Below are positions 12,804-24,000 of a stretch of DNA of 64,000 nt, piece after piece. The DNA is from Zootoca vivipara (Eukaryota). Under the pieces are notes generated by a model that was not told the DNA's origin, did not search any database, and saw nothing but the letters and a program-made list of their open reading frames with translations. How positions within the stretch are numbered: the first letter of the stretch is position 1; each line of letters begins with the position of its first letter. The position numbers were made by a program, and so were the translations under genes. Location: assembly GCF_963506605.1 (NCBI RefSeq), contig NC_083277.1:20956001-21020000 (forward strand), given 5' to 3'.

Positions 12804-13723
12804 AATAAAAAAATCCTTCCAGTAGCACCTTGGAGACCAACTAAGTTTGTCATACGGTAGGGATGAGCTTTCGTGTGCATGCACACTTCTTCAGATACAC
12901 TGAAACAGAAGTCACCAGACCCTTATGTATAGTCAGAGGGTGGGGAGGGGTATTACTCAGAAGGGTGGTGGGAATTTTTCTGTAATAAAACAGCTACTTT
13001 GAGATCTTGTATAGAATGTCCTGGGAGATTGAAATGTTCTCCTACTGGTTTCTCTGTCTTGTGATTCCTGATGTCAGATTTATGTCCATTTATCCTTTGG
13101 CGTAGGGTTTGGCCTGTTTGTCCAATATAGAGAGCTGAAGGGCACCGTTGGCATTTGATGGCATACACAATGTTAGAAGATGAGCAATTAAATAGTCCTG
13201 AGATGGTATGTTTGATGTTGTTGGGGCCAGTGATGGTGTTGTCCGGGTGTATGTGGCAGCAAAGTTGGCATCTGGGTTTATTGCATTACCATCAGAATTT
13301 CAGAAACAGACTGGAAAGAGAAGTTTCTGAATTGCAACTCATCACCAAGCTTAAAACCATGGAGAGACCTGGTCTGAATAAGGACACTGGATTCTTATCT
13401 CATTATACATGATCAAGCTTTCTTTAGCACCTCAGCCCTTGCTTTTTCCTGCAAGACCAATTGCAGTCGTTAACAGTCATCAACAGGTTTACCACTTCTA
13501 TCAGCCAATCACCTATTCCCACCACCCTTCTGAGTAATACTCCTCCCCACCCTCTGACTATACATAAGGGTCTGGTGACTTCTGTTTCAGTGCATCTGAA
13601 GAAGTGTGCATGCACACAAAAGCTCCTACCTATGACAAACTTAGTTGGTCTCTAAGGTGCTACTGGAATGATTTTTTTATTTTGTTTTGACTGCATCAGA
13701 CCAACATGGCTACCTACCTGTAA
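12804..13723. mobile_element. Penelope-like retroelement (Neptune-type) insertion with internal inversion
   Basis: Minus strand 13285-12975 encodes CNKPRCQLC linker plus GIY-YIG (VYAIKC...LYIGQT...RQRINGH). Plus strand 13292-13723 continues the GIY-YIG C-terminus (..GLNKD) and terminal repeat. 14-bp TSD CATCCACT(A/C)TACTA at 12790-12803 and 13724-13737. Confidence 0.9.
12861..12898 (-). ncRNA. Minimal hammerhead ribozyme-like motif in Penelope terminal repeat
   Basis: Minus strand reads GUAU-CUGAAGA-A-GUGUGCAUGCACAC-GAA-AGCU-C-AUCC; core intact, palindromic helix III, one mismatch in helix I. Confidence 0.65.
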
Positions 13724-14541
13724 CATCCACTCTACTAGTTTGCTGCCTGCAAGAGGACACTATTTCTTCTTCAGTGTTGATATAAGAGTCAAGCACCAGC
13801 CCAGCCCACTTCTGTGCATGAAATAAGTGGGACTGCCCTCATTTTGCCCTTCACCTCAGGTGGCAAAATGTCTTGGGTCATCCTGGATAAACTTAAAAAT
13901 ACTTCCAAGTCCCCTAAGTTTTCAAAGTATGCTGAGCACACAGGAACCCTACAGTTTAAACAGGTTTTACAATATTCAGTTGTTTCTTCCATTACCTGAC
14001 CAGGTGTTCATTTCTCCAAGAGGAAGTGATGACTCCATTTCCAATATGGACCCAATTTATTCATTGGTGATGCAACCCATTGAAGAGTGCTCTCACCCAA
14101 AGCAATTCCTTGGCAGGCATTATTATGTAGCAATAAGTGTTGCTTGCTTGATTTAGCATTTATATTAAACTGCTCCGTGCTGTTCGCCTGAAGAGTGGCA
14201 AAGCCACAAGAGGAAGCAGATAAACGTACAACTTGCATGTGCTATTTTCTATGTATAGATGCAAATTTATGAATTGACAACACGTCTCACCATTGCAGGG
14301 AAGACGGAGGCCCCATTTGCCCATTTAAAACACTCTCATGCCACTGAGCATTCATGGCTTCCCCCAAAGGATTCCTGATAAGCATAATTCGTTAAGGGTG
14401 GGGGAAATCGTTTGGAGGCCCCTCCATTCCCTTCACAGACCTACAATCCACAGAGTGATTTAAGAATCAACTCCTCTTCCCAGGGAACTCTGGGAACTGT
14501 AGCTTTGTGAGGGGAATAGAGGTCTCCAGACAATTCTCAGC

Positions 14542-14915
14542 CGTAGGTGCCAAGTTCCGAATTGAAAGATCCCAACATGCGTAGAAGCGACTTCCGATGC
14601 TGCTATGCCCATTTCCAAAATGTCCGCAGCGCCAGAAGTCGCTTCTATGCACTTCTGAACATGCGTAGAAGCGACTTCTGGCGCCGCGGACATTTTGGAA
14701 ATGGGCACAGCAGCATCGGAAGATCGCTTCGACGCATGTCCGGAAGTGCGTAGAAGCGGCTTCCGGTGCCGGTGCGGCACCAGAAGAACATGGCCGCCAG
14801 CAGGAGCTCCATAATCCGGGGGGAATACGGGGTATTTTGCCATTCGGGACACCTGCGGGAAACGGTAAGAAAATACGGGGGTTTCCCGGGAAAAACGGGG
14901 TACTTGGCAGCTATG
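14542..14915. mobile_element. hAT element, CATAGCTGCCAAG family, long CpG-rich form
   Basis: 8-bp TSD TTCTCAGC; internal palindromic GAAGCGACTTC repeats. Confidence 0.85.
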
Positions 14916-15728
14916 TTCTCAGCACCCACCACAAATACAGTTCTCAGGATCTGTGGGGAGGGGGAAGCCATGGCTGCTTAAAGTGGCATGATACTGCTTT
15001 AAATGCGTAGTGTGGATGGGGCCTGTGGCTGCCCTCTGTGCCTGCTTGATCTGATGTCTAGGTGCTAATTGTTCAAGGCCCCCTCCTGCCCCTTCTTATG
15101 GTTCTTGAAACCAGAGGTGGTCCGGACAACCCTTCAAACAGAGCTGCCTCTGTGATGCCCTCAAGCAGGGCTCCATGAAAGGGCAGCAGCAATTGAAAGT
15201 GCTGGTGCCACAGTGGAGGAGCATGTACAGTGGAGGAGGCTATGCATAAGTCAAATATTAATAGGAGGCGGCTGGGTGACTTGTTGGCAACAGGTCAAGA
15301 TTAAGCAAAGATTTCCTAAGTGGATGCAGTTCAGTTTCAAAATGGGGGAAAGTGTTCTAAAATGTCGTGTGGCTTAGATGATTTCACTGTATTTCAAAAC
15401 ATTATTCCTTAGTTTGAGAAGACGTGTTTTATCCTCCGCAGCTTTAATGCCTTCCTGCAGTGTTACACCCATCGAGTTCAAGAGAACTTATTCCCAGTTA
15501 AGTATGCATAACAATACAGCCATCTGGTGCAACCCTTCACATGTTTACTTATAAATATGTTCCAGTGCATTCAGTGGGGCTCGCCCCTAGATAGGATTGC
15601 AATCTGAAATGTAATACCCACAAGTTGGTTGGCTTCTCTTCGCTGGCGTGGCCTAATTACAAGTTGTGACATGGAAAATGAAGCATGCAAATTCCTCAGT
15701 TCTGTCTGGGCCCTGTGGAGAGCCTATA

Positions 15729-15972
15729 CAGTGGTACCTCTACTTACAAATAACTCTACTTACGAATTTTTCTACTTACAAATGGAGCTCCGTCCGCCAT
15801 CTTGGATGCGGTTTAGATAGGATTTTTTCTACTTACGAATTTTTAGATAGGGTTGCTTCGACTTATGAATTTTTTCTTCCAATGCATTCCTATGGGATTC
15901 GACTTACACATTTTTTTCGACTTACAAATGTGTGTTCGGAATGCATTAAATTCGTAAGTAGAGGTACCACTG
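15729..15972. mobile_element. Tc1/mariner MITE
   Basis: TA TSD; CAGTGGTACCTCTACTTAC TIRs. Confidence 0.85.
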
Positions 15973-16127
15973 TATACGGTATCATATTTCATAAACCTTT
16001 TGCAGTGAAAATTGCAGGGGGGAGGGGAACATTCACAGACATTCATAATGTTGTTTCCACATTGTCCTTTCTGAGGTACCAAGTTGCTTTGAATCTTCAT
16101 GAGCTCCTCCTCCATCCTTGGCGAGCT

Positions 16128-19100
16128 TTACGCCATCTTCTTATTCTCTGCTGTGCCACGGACTGAATTGTGGAATTCTAGAAGAAGTTTTGACAGTTTC
16201 CTGGGCCTATCAAGAGTGATGAAGTGCCCACATTTCTCCAACATATTCACTTGAGAGGCAGGGATGGCTTTGGCTAACATTTCCGCTCCGGAAGGATCCA
16301 TCACCTATATAACAAAACAATGTGTGCATTGTTTTAATTTTTTATTTTTTTTATTAAAGATTTCTTAGTTTACAAAAATATGTGTCTTTTTTCTCAAGTT
16401 GTGTTTTCTACAGATCAGTTTCATATGTTGTGAGACATTAGTGTCGCATGCAGAATTAGGTTGGGAAGAAAAGAGGGGGGAGGAGGGGGAGGGGGCCATA
16501 CTTTTATTCTTCTACTTGGTGCATGTGTGGGGTTTTGTGTGTCAGCATCACTTGGGTGGGTTCTCTGACTATTCGCTTGTTGTGTTACTTTGGGGGTAGA
16601 GAGGTTGGGGGTGGCCTAGGGTGTGGTTGGTTGCCTTTGGTTGGCTGTAGTGATAGCGTATTTGTTTATGTGTGTGAGTGTGGGGTGTGGATTTTTGGAT
16701 CAGGCTAGCCAAATTGATTTGTACGCCGTCGGTGAATTCTTGTTGTTGTCTTGCTGGGTTATGTATGTAAAGAGCAGGCATCCCCAAACTTCGGCCCTCC
16801 AGATGTTTTGGACTACAATTCCCATCTTCCCCGACCACTGGTCCTGTTAGCTAGGGATCATGGGAGTTGTAGGCCAAAACATCTGGAGGGCCACAGTTTG
16901 GGGATGCCTGGTAAAGAGGAACCATATTGGAGTGTAGGCATCTTCTTCTATTTGTCCCTGTGTCAGTTTCAGTTTATTGGTTAGTTTTTCTAATAAGGCT
17001 GTTTCCCATACTATTTGACACCATTGGTCCATGTCTACTCTCTCCAGTGTCTGGCTATGATGCTTCAGGCTGCTGAGAGTCGGTGGGTTATGAGCTCTTA
17101 ACGATGTGAGTAGGCATTATTATCTTGGAAGATGTTCAGTAGGGCCAGTTCTGGGGTGACTTCTAATATTTGCTTAGTTATTTTGCATATTTCTTGTATG
17201 ACTGATGTCCGGAAGAGTTGGATTTTGGGGCATTCCCACCACAGTGGAGGTATGTGCCTGTGGAAGTGCAGCCTCTCCAGCATTTTGGTGCATAGCTGCC
17301 AAGTATCCCGTATCCGCCGGGAAAACCCCTTTTTTCTTACTGTTTCCCGGCGGTATCCCGTTTGGCGATAAATCCCGGCATTCTCCCTTAAATTCGCTTC
17401 TTCCCGGCGGCCATTTTTCTGGGCACCAGAAAATGGCGCCGCCGGCGCCGGAAGTCGCTTCCGCGCATGACCGGAAGTTGCGTGACGTGACTTCCGGTGG
17501 CGCTTCGCCCTTCTATGGGCATCAGAAAATGGCGGCACCTTTTATGTGTTTCCGGTCATGCGCGGAAGCGACTTCCGGTGCTGGCGCCGGCCATTTTCTG
17601 ATGCCCATAGGAGGGCGAAGCGCCACCGGAAGTTGCGTCACGCAACTTCCGGTCATGCACGCGCTGCCGATCCCGGATCTTTACGACCCGGACTTGGCAG
17701 CTATGTTTTGGTGAGGCTCCTGGGCATATCAGTGCCAGTTTCCATGGTCTTAGGTACCATCTGTATGTGAGTTTCAGGGTGTGTTGCACCCTGTTTGAGG
17801 ACAGAAATCTCACTGCCCCAGTTCCCGGCTACAACAATCTATATTCATTGGGGGAAATGTAAGGGTCTCTTTGCAAAATCCACAATCTCAACTCCCAGAT
17901 ACTTCCCCTAAGGTTCACCAAATCATATCTCCCTGTAGTCTTGTCAGGGGGCCAGCTGAAAAAGTAACAGGCCTGGGTCCCCTCTTGCCATCTGTGCCCA
18001 CTACCTTTGGAATTAAAAGGCTGTTGAAACCAAGCAAGTCCTATTTTAAATACAAGAACATAAGGAGAAGCCCTGCTGGATCAGGCCAGTGGTCCATCTG
18101 GTCCAGCATCCTGTTCTCACAATGGCCAACAAAGTGCCTATGGGAAGCCCACAATCAAGAACCTAAGCACAAAAGCACTCCAAGCAGCAGCCATCAAGGC
18201 AGAGTGCAGCCAATATGGATAGTAGCCCTTGATAGCATAGTGATTCAGCCAGGGAAGCTGAGCAATTCCCTAACTGAACTACACTGCAGGAGACCAGTTC
18301 AGCACCATTTCATGAACAGTTCTCGCATTTTGTTACATCTGTCTAACTCTACCTACAAATACATCTTGCTTTGTCCCTTCCTTATACTTACACTTTCAGA
18401 ATTTATTGGACACAGTCCATAAAGGTAAAGGGACCCCTGACCATTAGGTCCAGTCGTGACCGACTCTGGGGTTGCGCGCTCATCTCGCATTATTGGCCGA
18501 GGGAGCCGGCGTATAGCTTCCAGGTCATGTGGCCAGCATGACAAAGCCGCTTCTGGCGAACCAGAGCAGCGCACGGAATCGCCGTTTACCTTCCCGCTGT
18601 ACCTATTTATCTACTTGCACTTTGACGTGCTTTCGAACGGCTAGGTGGGCAGGAGCTGGGACCAAGCAACGGGAGCTCACCCCGTTGCAGGGATTCGAAC
18701 CGCCGACCTTCTGATCGGCAAGCCCTAGGCTCTGTGGTTTAACCCACAGCGCCACCTGCGTACATCTTTGCTAATTTATTTGGCGTTAAATACACTTGTA
18801 TATCATTTCCATTAAAAAAAATCCTTGAAAGTAAAACGGGCTGTCAATTTCATACCCGCTCTCCGCAGTCCCCCCCCCCCCCGGTGAGGCCATGTCAATA
18901 TGATGACCTAAATCTTTAGCCCAGTGTGTCATTGCTGATTTAACCAGTTAGCTTACCTTGTCCTCCCTTCCCCAGATGATTTGCGCTGGAGCCCTGATCT
19001 TGCTCATGCTGTCATACAAGCTGTACCTCGACTCCATGCTGGACATGTCTAAAAAGCCTTTTCCAAGAAAGAAGCAGAGTTAGGCCTGATTCTATTTCCA

Positions 19101-20698
19101 GGCTTGTGCCCTGAAGTTAGGTGTGCGTCTATTTTGCAGCAGAAGATAAACCCAGAAGCCCAGCAACCACCTTCAAACCATTTTGAATCATCAGAGGGTC
19201 ACTTTGCATGTCTTCTTGGAAACACAGGGCCACCTCCACACATGAATGTCCTATCTTAATGCTGTGTGCATTGCCCCCCCCCCCCATGTCTGTTTATTGT
19301 TGGTGGAAAAATACAGATAAGCACCCTTCTTTAGAGATTGTTACAGACATAAAATTTGATATGTGATGCAGTGACACTTTTCCGTGACGAAGCAAAGGAG
19401 TGCCTGAAGTCAGACCCTGTGCCCCCTTTTCGCCACACTTGTTGCTGGACTACAATTCCTATTATCCCTTATCATTGGCCATGCTAGCTGAGGCAGATGG
19501 GAGTTGGAGTGTTAATGAGGGCCAGTGTGGTATAGTGGTTAAGAGCGGTAGACTCGTAATCTGGGGAACCAGGTTCGATTCCCTACTCCTCTACATGCAG
19601 CTGCTGGGTGACCTTGGGGTAGTCACACTTCTTTGAAGTCTCTCGGCCCCACTCACCTCACAGAGTGTTTGTTGTGGGGGAGGAAGGGAAAGGAGAATGT
19701 TAGCCGCTTTGAGACTCCTTCGGGTAGTGATAAAGCGGGATATCAAATCCAAACTCTTCTTTTTCTTCTTCTTCTTAATGACATCTGGAGGGTTTTTTTG
19801 TAATATTTGGGTTTACAGTATTTACAAATATGCAAGGTGGGGCAGATTTTGGTCTTTCGAATTTCAGCAGAGCCCTGCACAAGGTCAAAATTCACCCCCC
19901 CACACACACCTCTCACCTTCTGTTGCAATGCCCTGCAGCGCCCCCTGGGCTTGGCGCCCGGTGCAGCAGAACCAATTGCACTGCCCTCAATCTGCCTCTG
20001 CGCAAGGCAACATTCACACCATACATTTAACGAACTCCTAGACCGCTTTCACAGTCATGGCTTCCCCTTATAGAATCCTGGGAACTGTAGTTTGCTAAGG
20101 GTGCAGTGGAGGCTAGTCGATTGGAGCAAGTGGGGCACTGACATCCAATCTGCCTTCTTCTAGCACCCACCTACCTGCCTTCTTCCTTACAACCAGTCCA
20201 GAGGGTGGCACCCGCTATCAGCTTCCTTCACCTTAAGTCTCAGCACTGTCCTTGTAGAACTCAAGCAGGGAGGAGGGAAGGGGCAAAACTAGAATTAATT
20301 GGCCGGTTGGCTCTGGCTCCACCTACTGTTGGCCTCCTGCCTAACGCTCTACTTATCCCAACGGACACCACCCTCTACTGACTTCACAGACCTACACAGC
20401 ATCCTTAATAAACTACAGTTCCCAGGACTTTCCCCTGACTGTTACCTGAAGGAGCGTCTCCACCACCCATCGTTCTGCCCTGTCCACTGAGGTCCAGTAC
20501 CGAGGGCCTTCTGGCGGTTCCCTCGTTGCGAGAAGCCGAGTTGCAGGGAACCAGGCAGAGGGCCTTCTCGGTGGTGGCGCCCGCCTTGTGGAATGCCCTC
20601 CCATCAGATGTCAAAGAGAAAAAACAGCTGCCAGATTTTTAGAAGACATCTGAAGGCAGCCCTGTTTAGGGAGGCTTTTGATGTTTAATAGATTATTG

Positions 20699-20749
<51 letters not shown>

Positions 20750-20983
20750 AAATTATGTATACCCCGCCCATCTGGCTGGGTTCCCCCAGCCACTCTGGGT
20801 GGCTTCCAACAAAATATCAAAATACAGAAATTCATCAAACATTAAAAGCTTCCCTAAACAGGGCTGCCTTGAGATGCCTTCTAAAGGTCTGGTAATTGTT
20901 GTTCTCTTTGACCTCTGGTGGGAGGGCATTCCACAGGGTGGGCGCCACCACCGAGAAGGCCCTCTGCCTGGTTCCCTGCAAAA

Positions 20984-21032
<49 letters not shown>

Positions 21033-24000
21033 ATGGTACAAGAGTGCTTTAACTGTATGGTGCAGATGCAAGCTAAGCTGAGCATAGGTGCAGCCAGACT
21101 TCTTCAAGCAGCAAATCTGCTGCCTCAAGACAACAGCTGGGCTGGGCTGCATATCTTTGTTCCATTTAGCATATTGATAGGAATCCCGGATCAGCCTCTG
21201 TGAAATGCCCCAGGCAGAGCGCAGGCAATGCTATTGAACTTACATTTTAAGAAGAACGACTTGTGTGGCCTCCTGTCTTCCAGATAGCCCTTCAGGAGCT
21301 AAGGGGGCAAAGAAGAAAAAGAAAAGTTAAGAAGGCCTGGAAAGGTTGGCAACCCCTGTAGACAAAACCAATGGTCTGACCAAAATAAGGCAGCTTCCAC
21401 GGGTTCCAAGCCAAACCTCAACACATCCAACTTTTAAGTCCGACTGCACTTGCCCTCTTTTCCTGCCATTTCGCTGTTTTTATTGTCTTATGCTCTTCAG
21501 GCAGACTGAGACCTATCCTCTGTAAAGCATCATGCAGATTGATGGCGCTATATCATGAATGAATGGATGGGTGAAGTTTCCCAATGCATGTGGGAGAAAG
21601 GGATGTGGGAGCTCTCTCCTAATTAGAAGCATAGAAATGTTGTCTTGGGAGGGATCCCAAGGGTGGCCTAGAGTGGCTGCGGCAACCCAGCTAGGTGGGT
21701 GAGGTAGAACGAAGAAGAAGAGGAGGAGGAGGAGGAGATGTCCAACTCTCTGCAATACAGCAATCACAGCTAAAAATAATAGAATTGTAGAGTTGGAAGA
21801 GGCCCCGAGGACCATTGAGCAGTCAGGGACTGTGCTGAGGAGGGCTGCATTGAGGAAGAATGGTGGGAGCCTCCCCCTCTCCCCCTCTCCCTGTTCCTGA
21901 TCCTGAATCTTCCCAGGAGCAGGAGGACAGTATAGATTTGGAACAGTGGTTTGCAGAGGGCCATAGTTCAGAAGGCAGAAGCTGGGAAATACTGGATGGG
22001 AAACAGCTAGCAGAAGAAACACTAGGGGAGAGAGAGTTAACAGATTCACAGTCTCTGGATAGTATCCACACACACCCTTCCCCAAAGACATGGAGAGCTC
22101 AGAAAGTGTCAGAACAGAAAGCACAGAGACTACAGACTCAGATTACAAGATGTGGGAGTGACGTGAATTAATAGGGACGGAGGGTGGAGTGACCTTAACT
22201 GGGAGCACCACCATTCTGGTTTGATGCTTTCTTTTGCCCTTCGCTGTGTTTATTAAAGAAACTAACTGGTAAGAATTCCTTTCGTTTGATCTGCTCATTT
22301 ACGGCCACGGGAAGGAAGCTGATTCCCCGAACCCTGACACTATCCCAACCCGATGCAATTCAGTAATATGCAGCTGTCCCACACGGGGATCGAACCTGCA
22401 ACCTTGGCGTTAACAGCACCACGCTCTAAGCAACTGAGCTTAAGAATCCCTGACAAATGAAAAGTTGCAAGTTCACAAAACACAGTCTATTTACCCAGCC
22501 TTCTGTTTCAGATTTCATCTCGTGCCTCTCCTGCCTGTACCACCAAACTCTGCAGAAGACAGGCAGGTGGACAAGCTTGCCAAGGTCTGGGATACTGTTA
22601 CAAACTATTAGGCCAGAGCACTACAATTTTTCAGGGCGCTACTACCTCTTCACCTGCATGTTTGTACTGCTGGGGTGGTATAAGCCAAGTCTGAGCAAGC
22701 TTTCTCCCTGTTTTACGGTCAAAGGAACCAGAGGGTTGCTGTGTGAGTTGGTAGATTTCCGCAGCTCCTTCAAACGTTTGATGAACTCATTATCTTCTAC
22801 ATACCGTAGGCCTAAAGAGTTGGGAGAAAATGTGTGGCTTAGAAATGTAGTTACTGGTCAACCGGTTGCTATAAATGGGAGATCTGGTACTACAGAACAG
22901 TGCTGAAAGCCCACAATAGTCTTTGCCAACCTGGCCCCATCTAGATGTTGTTGGACCACAACTCCCATCAGCCCCAGGCAGTAAGAGCATGCTGGCAAGG
23001 GCTGATTGGAGTTGTAGTCCAGCAATATCTGCCAGGCCAAGTTGGTAATGGCTGGAATAGATGTTGGGACTGGAGTGAGCTAATGGAGCAAGGAATATTG
23101 CTGGTGGCTACCTCAATAGTCCTAGCACAGCTGTCAAATGTGGTACGCTATTAATATTAATGTATGTGTTAGGATAGTAATTTCAAATTTATGTAAGAAT
23201 GTATGGGTTAGGTTTTCCCCTGTATATCCTATACAGTATAATAAAGTCCCTGTGTCTCTGAGTCCAGTCCCTGTGTCCCTGTGTCCGCGCTAATGCGCAT
23301 GTGCCCCACGGACACAGGGACTGGACGAAGAGGTGGGATATACACACGCGTGCGCTCTCTCCCCCCCTCAACCCTCTGCCTTCCGTTCCCCTGCGGTGGC
23401 GGACCAAGATGGCGGCATCGGGCTCCAGGGCCGCGGCGGCGGGAGCCCAGTCCGGCTCCCCCCGCCGCCACCGCGGCCCGCGGCCCCAGAGCCCGATGCC
23501 GCCATCTTGGTCCGCCACCTCCTCCTCCTGACAACCCTACCTGGCCCGTGGGAGGAGCGGCGGGGCCGCGGCCTTCCCTCCCTCTCTGCGCTCGGCCGCG
23601 GGACACGACGGGAGAGCGCTTTGTTTAATTGCATTCCCCGCGCGCCCCGTGGCCGAGCGCAGAAAGGGAGGGAAGGCCGCGGCCCCATCGCACCTCTAGC
23701 GCCCGTTTTCTTAACGGGCTCAATGAGACTAGTTGTATATATTCATATACAGTGGTACCTCGGTTTTCGAAAGCGCCTCAGAAGTCGAACGGCTTCCATT
23801 GAGTGTTTCTCAATTTTCTCAATTAAATTTGCAGACCTCCCTTTGCGCCTCAGTTTTTGAACGTTTCAGAAGTCAAACAGTCTTCCGGAATGGATTACAT
23901 TTGAAAACCGAGGTACCACTGTGATCTGTCTACGAAGAGAAGCTACTCTCTGAGCAGCACTGAGAACAATACACTGTACCTTTTGAACACATTCAAAGCA

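Noticed and set aside
17871-18422. 183-aa ORF
   Set aside because: Non-ATG start, antisense within an intron, overlaps decayed repeat sequence
21513-22171. 203-aa and 103-aa ORFs
   Set aside because: Compositionally biased, inside an ABHD6-like intron, probably LTR-derived; no domain motif
22375-22440. tRNA gene with apparent GTT anticodon on a tRNA-Ile body
   Set aside because: Acceptor stem incomplete and followed by SINE-like tail; a tRNA-derived SINE head, not a recoded tRNA
23189-23860. Cluster of overlapping GC-rich ORFs suggesting a gene or true promoter
   Set aside because: Falls within the Helitron; low-complexity translations with no recognisable domain
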